In this document: piece after piece, positions 25,948 through 34,507 of the stretch
Numbering within the stretch: the stretch's first letter is position 1
Layout: each line of letters starts with the position of its first letter
DNA from: Gemmatimonadota bacterium
GTDB lineage: Bacteria; Gemmatimonadota; Gemmatimonadetes; Palauibacterales; Palauibacteraceae
Assembly: GCA_963666735.1 (NCBI GenBank)
Contig: OY762926.1
Coordinates: forward strand, 352,001 to 416,000
Reading direction: 5' to 3'
DNA length: 64,000 bases
The notes under the pieces: model-generated
What the model was told of the DNA's origin: nothing
The model's input: only the letters and a program-made list of their open reading frames with translations
Database searches by the model: none
Position numbers and translations under genes: made by a program

Positions 25948-28007
25948 CCCACCGCACGGCCCCCGGCGACCGGATCTCCTTTCCGCACAAGATCGTCTAC
26001 GGGGTCGGCGGATTCGTAAACAACCTCCTTGCGCAGGGAATCGGCGGGATGACCGTCGTGCTCACGCTGGCCCTCGGCATGGATTTCCGGCTCGTGGGCC
26101 TGCTCGGCATGCTGCCGAGGTTCTTTGACGCGATCACGGACCCGCTCGTCGGTTTCGTCTCCGACCGGACGCGCTCCCGGTGGGGTCGGCGCCGACCGTT
26201 CCTGTTCGTTGGAGCGATCCTCTCCGGCGTCATCTTCGCGCTCCTGTGGCAGATGCCCGCGCCGACCCAGTTTCGGATCAAGCTGGTCGATTATGGCGCC
26301 GACGGGGTGTACAGCGGCGATGTCACCGGCGAGCCGGTCAGCATATTCGAAGCCGTTGGAGAATCGCTGCGCGACATCGTGACCATCGAAGTCACGGACG
26401 ATGTCGAGGACGAGGTCGCAATTCTTCCCCCGACGCTCGTCACCGGTGGCTGGGTCGGAATCGACGTGCCGCTCTCCGATTTCGACGAGCTCACCACGCG
26501 CGGGCACCTGTCCCAGATCCTGATTTCGGGCGACCTCACCGAAGTGTACGTCGACAACGTCTATCTCTATCGGACGGACGACACGGCGAGAGTGACGGTC
26601 TCGGGCGAGGACCGGGAAGGCCGCACGGCGCCGGACGTGCCCGCGCCCGTCCCCGCGTACCCGGCCGACAATGTGATCTCGTTCTTCAGCAACGAGTATG
26701 ACGATGTGCAGGTGGACTTCTGGTCCACGGACTGGGACGAGGCCGACGTGAGGGACGCCGGGGCCGCCGGCGACGACGTCAAGCACTACACCAACCTGAG
26801 GTTCGCCGGCATCGACTTCGGCCGGCAGCCGGTGGACGCCGGCGCCATGACGCATATCCATATGGATATCTGGACGCCGGAGACCACCGGCGAGGGCCGC
26901 AGTCAGGCGTACTATTTTTGGTACTTTCTGGTCGGGTCGCTGATCTTTTTCCTTGCTTACACCATCTTCGCCACGCCCTGGGTGGCGCTGGGGTACGAAC
27001 TCACGCCCGATTTCCATGAGCGCACGCGCCTCATGGGCGTGCAGAACTTCGTCGGGAACATCGCCTTCGTGATCGCTCCGTGGTTCCTCGTCGTAATGAC
27101 GAATCCGGCGTGGTTCCGGAACCAGATGGCCGGGGCCAGATTCCTGGCGCTCGGGATCTGCGTGACCGTCATCGCACTCGGGGTGCTGCCGGCGCTCTTC
27201 CTCCGCGAGCGGATCCCCGCGACGGCGGGGAACGAAGAGCGGAGCAGTGGACGCGAAGCCGTGGGCGAGTTCTTCGGAGGCCTCTGGCAGACGGTTCGAA
27301 CCGGCCCCTTCCTTCTGCTCTGCGTCGCGACCTTCCTGATCTTCAACAGCTTCATCATGATCTCGGCATTCCAGTTCTGGGTGTTCGTGTACTACGTCTC
27401 CGGCGGCAGCGTGGCGGACGGAGCGTCGCTAGCCGGACTTGTGGGCACGCTCGGCATCGTCGCCGGATTCGCGGTGATCGCGATCGTGACCTGGCTGGGT
27501 ACGAAGATCGGTAAGCGGAACGCCTTCTTCATCTCCACCGGGATCTCGATGTTCGGCTATGCGCTGAAATGGTTCTGCTACCACCCCGAATATCCCATGC
27601 TCACCCTGCTTCCGGCTCCCTTTCTGGCCTTCGGGCTGGGCGGCCTGTTCACACTGATGGGATCGATGATCGCGGACGTGGTGGACCTCGATGAGCTGAA
27701 CACGGGCGAGCGGCGCGAGGGGATGTTCGGGTCGGTGTACTGGTGGGTCGTAAAGGTGGGACAGAGCATCGCGCTGGGAGCGGGAGGCTTCCTGCTCGCC
27801 TCGACGGGACTCGATATCGACCTCGGCGCGAACCAGGCCGCGCGGACCATCACTCTACTGCGGGCGTACGACGCCTTCATACCCTTGATCGCTTCCGCGA
27901 TCGCGATCTTCGCGATCTACAAGTACCCGGTCACGGAGAGTACCGCCCTCAAGGTGCGGGCGCAGCTGGAGGAGCGGAGAGGGGCTGGCGCGGCAGCCGC
28001 CACCTGA
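25944..28007 (+). CDS. GPH/MFS sugar:cation symporter with an inserted, circularly permuted glycan-binding repeat
   Basis: FDAITDP..G..SDRTRSRWGRRRPF, ELTPDFHERTRL and ADVVDLDELNTGERREG motifs; ~205-aa soluble insert at 26271-26882 homologous to the lipoprotein repeats. Confidence 0.9.
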   Translation: MTHRTAPGDRISFPHKIVYGVGGFVNNLLAQGIGGMTVVLTLALGMDFRLVGLLGMLPRFFDAITDPLVGFVSDRTRSRWGRRRPFLFVGAILSGVIFALLWQMPAPTQFRIKLVDYGADGVYSGDVTGEPVSIFEAVGESLRDIVTIEVTDDVEDEVAILPPTLVTGGWVGIDVPLSDFDELTTRGHLSQILISGDLTEVYVDNVYLYRTDDTARVTVSGEDREGRTAPDVPAPVPAYPADNVISFFSNEYDDVQVDFWSTDWDEADVRDAGAAGDDVKHYTNLRFAGIDFGRQPVDAGAMTHIHMDIWTPETTGEGRSQAYYFWYFLVGSLIFFLAYTIFATPWVALGYELTPDFHERTRLMGVQNFVGNIAFVIAPWFLVVMTNPAWFRNQMAGARFLALGICVTVIALGVLPALFLRERIPATAGNEERSSGREAVGEFFGGLWQTVRTGPFLLLCVATFLIFNSFIMISAFQFWVFVYYVSGGSVADGASLAGLVGTLGIVAGFAVIAIVTWLGTKIGKRNAFFISTGISMFGYALKWFCYHPEYPMLTLLPAPFLAFGLGGLFTLMGSMIADVVDLDELNTGERREGMFGSVYWWVVKVGQSIALGAGGFLLASTGLDIDLGANQAARTITLLRAYDAFIPLIASAIAIFAIYKYPVTESTALKVRAQLEERRGAGAAAAT

Positions 28008-28036
28008 CCGAACCGCCACCTGGCCGTCAGGAGCCG

Positions 28037-29923
28037 TCAGGAGGCTTCCGCTCGCCCTGCCCCGGGGCGAGAGCCCATGGTGAGTCCATAGCCGACGGGG
28101 AACCGCGTCTCGTCCGGTTCGCCCCGGGCAACATCGTTCGCGGGCCATGTGTGGGCGAGGCGGCCCTGGAACTCGTGGTCGCCGAACAGCACTTCGGCGA
28201 CGCCGGCTCCCTCCGAGCCCGGCAGCCAGGCAGCCACGAACGCGTCCGCCGCCTCCAGTTCCTCCGTGACGACCAGCGGCCGCCCGGAAACGAGGACGGC
28301 CACCACCCGGATACCTCGGGCTCTCAGCGACCGAATGGTAGCGAGGTCCTCGGGGTGCAGCCGCGATAGCCGCAGGGTGTCGCCGTAGGGGCGAAGACGG
28401 GCGGGGCCCGGGGCGGGGGGCTGGACCTCGTCCGCGCCCGGAGCTTCCGGAGGAGGCGCAGTCCAATCTCGGATGTCGCCCGGACCCTCGGCGTAGGGTT
28501 CTTCTCCGATCACGACGATGGCCACTTCAAAGTGTCCGTCGTCCTCCGCCCCATCGTTCTCGCCCAACCGTTGCGCGCGCGGTGCGATCTGCCTGATGCC
28601 CTCCCAGACGGACGCGCCCCCCTCGATCCGGCCGTTCCCCCGCACGCCCTGCCATTCCACCGTGAAGCCCCCGCACAACGCCCCTCGATCATGCGCGTTG
28701 CGCCCCGCGACGAGTATCCGGGCGTCGCGGTGGAGCGGGAGGACACTCTCTTCATTCTTCAGCAAAACCAGCGACTTTCGTACGGCCTCTCTCGCCACCT
28801 CGCGGTGGCCCGCGGACCCGAAGCTGGCGTGGTTCGACCACTTTCGGGCGGCCGGACGCGGTTGGTCGAAGAGTCCGCAAGCCTCCTTTACGGCGAGGAT
28901 CCGCCCCGCCGCATCATCGATGCGCGCTTCGTCCACGGCACCCGCCTCCACCTGTCTCACGACTTCCGAGATGAACCGCGGCCATTGTTCCGGAACCATG
29001 AAGAGGTCGATCCCCGCGCTGACCGACCTGCGGACGGCCTCACCGAAATCGTCCGAGATCGCGAAGATGCCGTTCCAGTCCGACACGACGAACCCGGAGA
29101 AGCCCAGCTCGCCCTTGAGCACATCCGTGATGAGATACCGGTGCTCGTGACACAGGACCCCCTTCCAGCTGCTGAGCGAGACCATGACGGCGAGAGCGCC
29201 GACTTCCAGTGCCGGGACATACGGAGACAGGTGCGTTCTCCGCAGCTCCGCCTCCTCCGCCAGGGTCTGCCCCTGATCCACGCCGTCCATCGTGCCGCCG
29301 TCTCCGGCCCAGTGCTTCGGACAGGCGAGGACCCCGTCATCGCCGAAACCCGCCTGCAGACCCCGGACGATCCGCGGAGCGTATTCCGCGACGAGATCCG
29401 GCACTTCGGAGAAGCTCTCGTAGCTTCGGCCCCAGCGGCAGTCACCGGCGACGGCCAGCGTGGGCGCCAGATTCCAGTCCAGCCCGGTCGCCAGCACCTC
29501 CCGGGCGGTCACGCGGGCGATGCGTTCCACGAGTGCCGGGTCGTGAGCCGCGCCCAGGCCGATATTGTGTGGGAAGACGGTGGCGCCGAGGACATTGTTG
29601 TGCCCGTGGACGGCGTCCACCGCGTAGATGAGAGGGATGCCGGGCTGTCCGTCCCACCCCTCCGTCGAGGCGGCCCAGTAGGCGTCGTTCGTTGCGACCC
29701 AGTCCGCGGGGCGGTTGCGGCCGGGGAGTGAGCCCGCGCCGCTGAGGACCGAACCCACACCGAAGCGGCGGACCTGCTCAGGCGAGATGTGCAGCCTCTC
29801 GGCCTGCACCATCTGCGCGGCCTTGCGCGGAAGGCTGAGCCGCGAGAGAAGGCGCGCGACACGCGTCGATGGCTTCACCTGCGGGGGTCGGAACGATGCC
29901 TGGCGGTTGGGCCGGCCACTCAC
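28037..29923 (-). CDS. GH3 beta-glucosidase / beta-glucan exohydrolase, no evident signal peptide
   Basis: DAVHGHNN, RWGRSYES, KHWAGDGGT, nucleophile VSDWN, GEEPYAE and AWLPGSEG motifs; GTGA overlap with the upstream gene. Confidence 0.92.
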   Translation of the reverse strand: MSGRPNRQASFRPPQVKPSTRVARLLSRLSLPRKAAQMVQAERLHISPEQVRRFGVGSVLSGAGSLPGRNRPADWVATNDAYWAASTEGWDGQPGIPLIYAVDAVHGHNNVLGATVFPHNIGLGAAHDPALVERIARVTAREVLATGLDWNLAPTLAVAGDCRWGRSYESFSEVPDLVAEYAPRIVRGLQAGFGDDGVLACPKHWAGDGGTMDGVDQGQTLAEEAELRRTHLSPYVPALEVGALAVMVSLSSWKGVLCHEHRYLITDVLKGELGFSGFVVSDWNGIFAISDDFGEAVRRSVSAGIDLFMVPEQWPRFISEVVRQVEAGAVDEARIDDAAGRILAVKEACGLFDQPRPAARKWSNHASFGSAGHREVAREAVRKSLVLLKNEESVLPLHRDARILVAGRNAHDRGALCGGFTVEWQGVRGNGRIEGGASVWEGIRQIAPRAQRLGENDGAEDDGHFEVAIVVIGEEPYAEGPGDIRDWTAPPPEAPGADEVQPPAPGPARLRPYGDTLRLSRLHPEDLATIRSLRARGIRVVAVLVSGRPLVVTEELEAADAFVAAWLPGSEGAGVAEVLFGDHEFQGRLAHTWPANDVARGEPDETRFPVGYGLTMGSRPGAGRAEAS

Positions 29924-32900
29924 ATGGCGATGTGGACGTACGTCCGGATCTCCCACTCGCTCCCGTCATCGCCCGAGCGTCCCGGCTCGCAGGTGGCGAA
30001 GCCGTTGGCGTCGACCGACGGGGCGGCGCAGTAACGGGGTGAATTCATGTCCAGCGACCGCCATCCGGCCCGGATTCCGAACCGTGTCCCCGGCATGTCG
30101 AACCAGCCCGGCCGGCCCAGGGAGTAGGAAAGGTCGGCCATCAACTGAAGCGGGAACGTGTGGTTGAAGTCGCGGTGATAGTCGTAGGGTCCCCAGTCGT
30201 TCACCCTCGCGAACGTTTCCAGCTTGAGCGGCCCGCTGATCGCCCGCAGTTGGATCCCATGCCGGCGGATGAGACGCTGGCTGTCTCCGTTCGGCTCGCC
30301 GGTCCCCGTGTAGATGTTGGCGATGAAGCCGGAACTGCCGGTCCGCTTGGAGACGAGGCGGGCGTTCACCTCCCACACGTCCCGCGCGGGCGGGGCGCCC
30401 GGGAAGGCGAAGATGGATCGTCCATCGGCCAGGATCCCGATCCCCGCGTCCTGCGTTGTGCCGAAGCTCTTGTAAGTGAATCCGACGGTGGCCGCGAAGG
30501 CCGCATCCTCGCGTATGTCGCTGTCCCACGAGTGCATCCACGTCGCGGGCGTGGGGTCGTAGGTGAGGAGGAACTCCAGCGCTCTCGTCTCCCGGTTCCA
30601 TCCGCGGACGGCGAACGGGTCGTCGACGACGTTGCGCGGACGCGCCGGCGCCGGGGCGTCCGCCGGAACCGGTCCCACGATCGGCCTCTGCCACAGGAAA
30701 TTGGGCGCGATCTGCCAGTTGCCCGCGTTCAGGGCCACGCCCGTGAGGACGTTGTACTGGTTTCCCATCCCGCTGTCGCGCAGCCACCAGCCGGTGAAGG
30801 TCTGCGTCGCGGTGGGCCCGCCCTCCGCGACCAGGCCCATCGCGGCCCCCTGGACGTACCAGTTCCAGCGGCCCCTGGTGAGAGTGAGCTTGGCCTTGGC
30901 GCCGAACGCATCCCTCGCCTCGATCTGGTCTCCGAGCACCTCGTAGCTTCCAGGGTCGCCGCGCACGATCTGGAACGCCTGCCCCTCCTTGGTGGATCCG
31001 GACCAGATGCCGCCCACCTCGATCACGGCGTCGCCGCGAGTGGCGGCAACGTGCACGGTCGCCTTGCGGGTCGGGGGCAGCGGCACGGCGAACGAACTCG
31101 CCACGGCCCCCTGTTCGGCGAGGTCCTCCTGATAGACGACCGTCGTCTGGAACGGCCCCACGTTCTTCGTCAGCTTGCCGAGGACCGCCGGATTCGCGCC
31201 CCACCAGAGTTCGGGACCGAACGCCACGGACAGACCGTCGAACAGTCTCTTGCCCTCGATCTCCACTCCCAGCGGCGCCATGCCGTTGTAGATGTCGATA
31301 TTCGGACCGTAGTTGGCCTCGCGGTACAGTCCGAAGAAGTCTCCCTCGTAGCCCCAGTGATAGTGGCCGGTGCGATAGAAGCCGTTGAGGCGGAACCATG
31401 AATCGTCCCACGACAGATTCGCCTGGTAGACCTTCAGCCGTTCGAGGTCGCCGAGAACGAACTGTTCGCCGTCGGCCTCCACGGTGCGGGGCCGCCCGCG
31501 GTTCTCGTAGAAGATCTCGTCGATGGGGTTGTTCGGGACCGCCCCGAGCACGTTGACGATGACTTCGCCCTCAATGCCTCCGGCCGGCCGCGCCGTGATG
31601 CCGCCGTAGAACGACTGCAGCTGGTCGAAGCCCCGGAACGATGGCCGCCCACGCGAGACGGTTGGGGCATCCTCCGGAGTGCTGATGACCGAACCGCCGG
31701 TGCTGAACGTCTCGAACTCCGCCCGCAGACTACTCACCTGGAAGCGATCGAGGATCGAGGAACTGAACGCCGCCCGGTCGCCGCGCGCCTGAAGCTCGGC
31801 CGTCTCGGGCATGATCGACGCAAAATGCCGCCCGATCGTCTCCATCGTCGTCCCCGGCCCGTAGGGATCGAGTTCGTAGACGTCGCGGAGGGCATAGTAC
31901 GCGGCGCGCGGGAACAGTTCGTACAGGCCCTCGTGGTCCGTCGGTCCCTTCGCGACGATACCCCACCACTCCTCGTTCATGTTGTTCTGGCCGGGCACGT
32001 AGTCGTCGGGATACGCATCGTTGGCCCAGGAGGCGTTCGTGTCCTGGACATCGAGGTTGTCCTCCTGCCCGAACTTCCACCAGCCGTCCGTCCACTGGAA
32101 CGTCATCCCGCCGATGGAATTGCCCACGCCGCCCTTGCCGGCGGACTCTTCGTAAATCTCCTGCCACTGGTCGAGGAGATAGCGTGTCTGCATGAGCTGG
32201 TCTTCGCGCATCGCGCGCGCGTTCCACACGTCCGCTCCGAACTCCGTGAACAGCACGCCCATCCCGAGCTTCTCGTCGACTTCCTCGAAGAAATCGTTGA
32301 ACGACCGGCCGCGGTACACGTTCGCGCCGAGGACGTCGAGGTTCCCCGCCTCCTCGGCGATGAGGTCGATGTACTGCAGGTCGCCGTTCGCGTAGGCCAC
32401 GGGACGCGTGGGATCCATCTCCTTGATGAGCTCCGTCGCGTCCCCGACGAGCGAGTACAGGTAACGGGCGCGGCCGATGTCCCGCTCGCCCTCCGGCATG
32501 TCCTCGGTCTCCGCCGAGCTCCAGAAAAGACCGTAGTTGTTCTCGTTGCCGAGCAGCCACATCAGCACGCCGGGCGTGTCCCTGAACGCCTCCACCATGT
32601 CCTCGACCTCGGCGAGAACGACGGCGCGGGATGCGGGGTCCGCGTAGTTGGTGTTGGCCTCGAACACGCCGTTGACCGTCACGCCGTAGCGGCCGAGCGC
32701 GTGGTTGAGGACGGTCCAGATGCCGTAGTTCTCCCAGATGTACTCGACCCACTCCGGCGTAATCCCGACGTAGGCCCGAATCGCGTTGACTCCCATCGCC
32801 CTGGCGAGACCCATCTCCCGGTCGAGCGCCGCCTTGATCAGGTCGTCCGACTCGGTCCAGAAGTTGTAGTTGTAGGTCGTGCCGCGGGGGAAGTAATCCC

Positions 32901-33105
32901 AGTTAATGCCGAGGACCATGAAGTCGTCGCCGTCCACCTGCAGCCTGATCCCGCTGTCGTCCCTCACGAGTTCAATCCCGGGGAGCGGAGGATCGGCGGA
33001 TTGCGCTGCGACACCGGGGAGACCGAACAGGGCGATCGACACGACAAGGGCGCTCCCGAGGCCGAGGAGGCGCTGCCGGAGTCGGGGGAAAGTCGCGCCG
33101 GGCAT
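29920..33105 (-). CDS. Clan GH-A (GH2-TIM-like) glycoside hydrolase fused to a probable outer-membrane beta-barrel
   Basis: Signal peptide; LLGNENNYG (acid/base) and FTEFGAD (nucleophile); C-terminal ~600 aa of aromatic-rich amphipathic strands ending WEIRTYVHIAM. Confidence 0.7.
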   Translation of the reverse strand: MPGATFPRLRQRLLGLGSALVVSIALFGLPGVAAQSADPPLPGIELVRDDSGIRLQVDGDDFMVLGINWDYFPRGTTYNYNFWTESDDLIKAALDREMGLARAMGVNAIRAYVGITPEWVEYIWENYGIWTVLNHALGRYGVTVNGVFEANTNYADPASRAVVLAEVEDMVEAFRDTPGVLMWLLGNENNYGLFWSSAETEDMPEGERDIGRARYLYSLVGDATELIKEMDPTRPVAYANGDLQYIDLIAEEAGNLDVLGANVYRGRSFNDFFEEVDEKLGMGVLFTEFGADVWNARAMREDQLMQTRYLLDQWQEIYEESAGKGGVGNSIGGMTFQWTDGWWKFGQEDNLDVQDTNASWANDAYPDDYVPGQNNMNEEWWGIVAKGPTDHEGLYELFPRAAYYALRDVYELDPYGPGTTMETIGRHFASIMPETAELQARGDRAAFSSSILDRFQVSSLRAEFETFSTGGSVISTPEDAPTVSRGRPSFRGFDQLQSFYGGITARPAGGIEGEVIVNVLGAVPNNPIDEIFYENRGRPRTVEADGEQFVLGDLERLKVYQANLSWDDSWFRLNGFYRTGHYHWGYEGDFFGLYREANYGPNIDIYNGMAPLGVEIEGKRLFDGLSVAFGPELWWGANPAVLGKLTKNVGPFQTTVVYQEDLAEQGAVASSFAVPLPPTRKATVHVAATRGDAVIEVGGIWSGSTKEGQAFQIVRGDPGSYEVLGDQIEARDAFGAKAKLTLTRGRWNWYVQGAAMGLVAEGGPTATQTFTGWWLRDSGMGNQYNVLTGVALNAGNWQIAPNFLWQRPIVGPVPADAPAPARPRNVVDDPFAVRGWNRETRALEFLLTYDPTPATWMHSWDSDIREDAAFAATVGFTYKSFGTTQDAGIGILADGRSIFAFPGAPPARDVWEVNARLVSKRTGSSGFIANIYTGTGEPNGDSQRLIRRHGIQLRAISGPLKLETFARVNDWGPYDYHRDFNHTFPLQLMADLSYSLGRPGWFDMPGTRFGIRAGWRSLDMNSPRYCAAPSVDANGFATCEPGRSGDDGSEWEIRTYVHIAM

Positions 33106-33319
33106 GGTGGCCTCCGCTTGCTCGGGACTGGTTTTGAAGCATCGTCGCGTTCACGGACCAAGCTACCGGTCTTGGGGGCGTGACCGCCAGAAGAAGCGTT
33201 GTCCTGTGAGAAGCGAGCCTGAACGGGGGACCGGGTTTCCACCCGGAGGCGAGTCTGGAGCGCGCGTGGGCTCCATCGCTGAACGGGTATGGCCCGTAAA
33301 CGGCCCCGCCTCCGGAACG

Positions 33320-34024
33320 TCAGCGGGGCAGGCCGATCCCCACGGAGAGCGTCGCCCCGCTGGCGGAATACGCGTAGTCGAAAAGCATACCGGGAATCTC
33401 TTCCGCCCACTCGGTCAGGGAGCGCGAGTAGCCGAGGCGCAGATCGATCCGCCAACCCCTGTCGAGCAGCAACCCGAGGCCGACCGTCACCGGCCGCCGG
33501 GCGCGTTGCTCTCGCCGCTCTCCCCGTTCGCCGTTCTCCGGGTTGACGCCGCTCGTCGCGAACTCGCTCCACATCCGGCGGATCCCGCCGAACACATAGC
33601 CCTGCGTCGAGTTGCCCCCGGCACCGAGTCCGAGGAATACGTTGACCCCGACTCCGAAGCGGTCGTGGAGGTCCCACTCGCCGGGCCACACATCGTGCGG
33701 TTCGCCGTTCGGCGTGGGTTCGATCGTCCCCTCGATCTTTCCCCGTCCGTCAACCACTCCCTCGAACTCCAGGCCCGCGAGCAGCCCGCCGAGGATCCGC
33801 GTGCGGAGCCCGACGGAGGGGTTGATCGCGAAGGTCGGACCCGAGGCCGTCGTGGCGCTCTCGCTCGAGCCGTCGCCCACCGTCACGCGCTTGGAGTGTT
33901 CCGCGGAGAGCCAGCCGGCCTCGGGCGCCAGCCGAAGGAACATCTCGGACTGAGCGCGGATCGGCGGCGCGGCCAGCATGGAGACGCAGACAGCGAGGGT
34001 TTTGGGTCCGGCGAACCGGATCAC
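33320..34024 (-). CDS. Small outer-membrane beta-barrel-like protein
   Basis: Signal peptide; alternating strands (FGVGVNVFLG, WRIDLRLGYS, ATLSVGIG); GTGA overlap. Confidence 0.6.
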   Translation of the reverse strand: MIRFAGPKTLAVCVSMLAAPPIRAQSEMFLRLAPEAGWLSAEHSKRVTVGDGSSESATTASGPTFAINPSVGLRTRILGGLLAGLEFEGVVDGRGKIEGTIEPTPNGEPHDVWPGEWDLHDRFGVGVNVFLGLGAGGNSTQGYVFGGIRRMWSEFATSGVNPENGERGERREQRARRPVTVGLGLLLDRGWRIDLRLGYSRSLTEWAEEIPGMLFDYAYSASGATLSVGIGLPR

Positions 34025-34452
34025 CGAGGCGCGGATCTTCCGGTCACCGCGACCACGCCGCAGTTCGTGAGCAGGCGCTGCGCGTCGGCCTTGCCGGAGT
34101 CGGAAGGTCCGAGCCGGTTCTCGCCTTGTTCGTCCTCGTCCTCGAGGCGCGAGGCGACGACGCGAATATGCGTGTTTCCCGTGGCGGGATTGTCGAACAC
34201 GCTCGCCGTCAGGATGTCGTGCCGCGCCCCGGCGAAGAGTGCCTCCACGACGCCGGAGGTCTGCCTGCGACCCCGCACGAACCCGGCCTCGAGATTGCCG
34301 TCCTCGATCGTGTAGTCCATGAGGTTCAATTGCGCGACCGCGCAGCGATAGGCCGTTTCCAGCCCCGGCGGAGCGACGCCCTGGAGTGAGACGGGCGCGG
34401 TGGAACAGCCCGCGAGCACGATCGCGACCGGGATTCCCGCGACTCTCTTCAT
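34021..34452 (-). CDS. Hypothetical lipoprotein
   Basis: SD GGAG; MKR..LAGC lipobox. Confidence 0.7.
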   Translation of the reverse strand: MKRVAGIPVAIVLAGCSTAPVSLQGVAPPGLETAYRCAVAQLNLMDYTIEDGNLEAGFVRGRRQTSGVVEALFAGARHDILTASVFDNPATGNTHIRVVASRLEDEDEQGENRLGPSDSGKADAQRLLTNCGVVAVTGRSAPR

Positions 34453-34507
34453 GTCTTCAATCTCCGGGGATTGCAGATTCGCCGCCAGTAGTGAAGCCTT
34501 CGATCCC

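Noticed and set aside
33216..33325. Resemblance to a c-di-AMP (ydaO) riboswitch (GCTGAA, GGGGGACC, CGTCAGC)
   Set aside because: The elements are in the wrong order and on the strand opposite the downstream gene
33320..34452. Barrel and lipoprotein genes as members of the glucan locus
   Set aside because: Same strand, but separated by a structured ~215-nt gap and with no glycan-related motif; linkage unsupported
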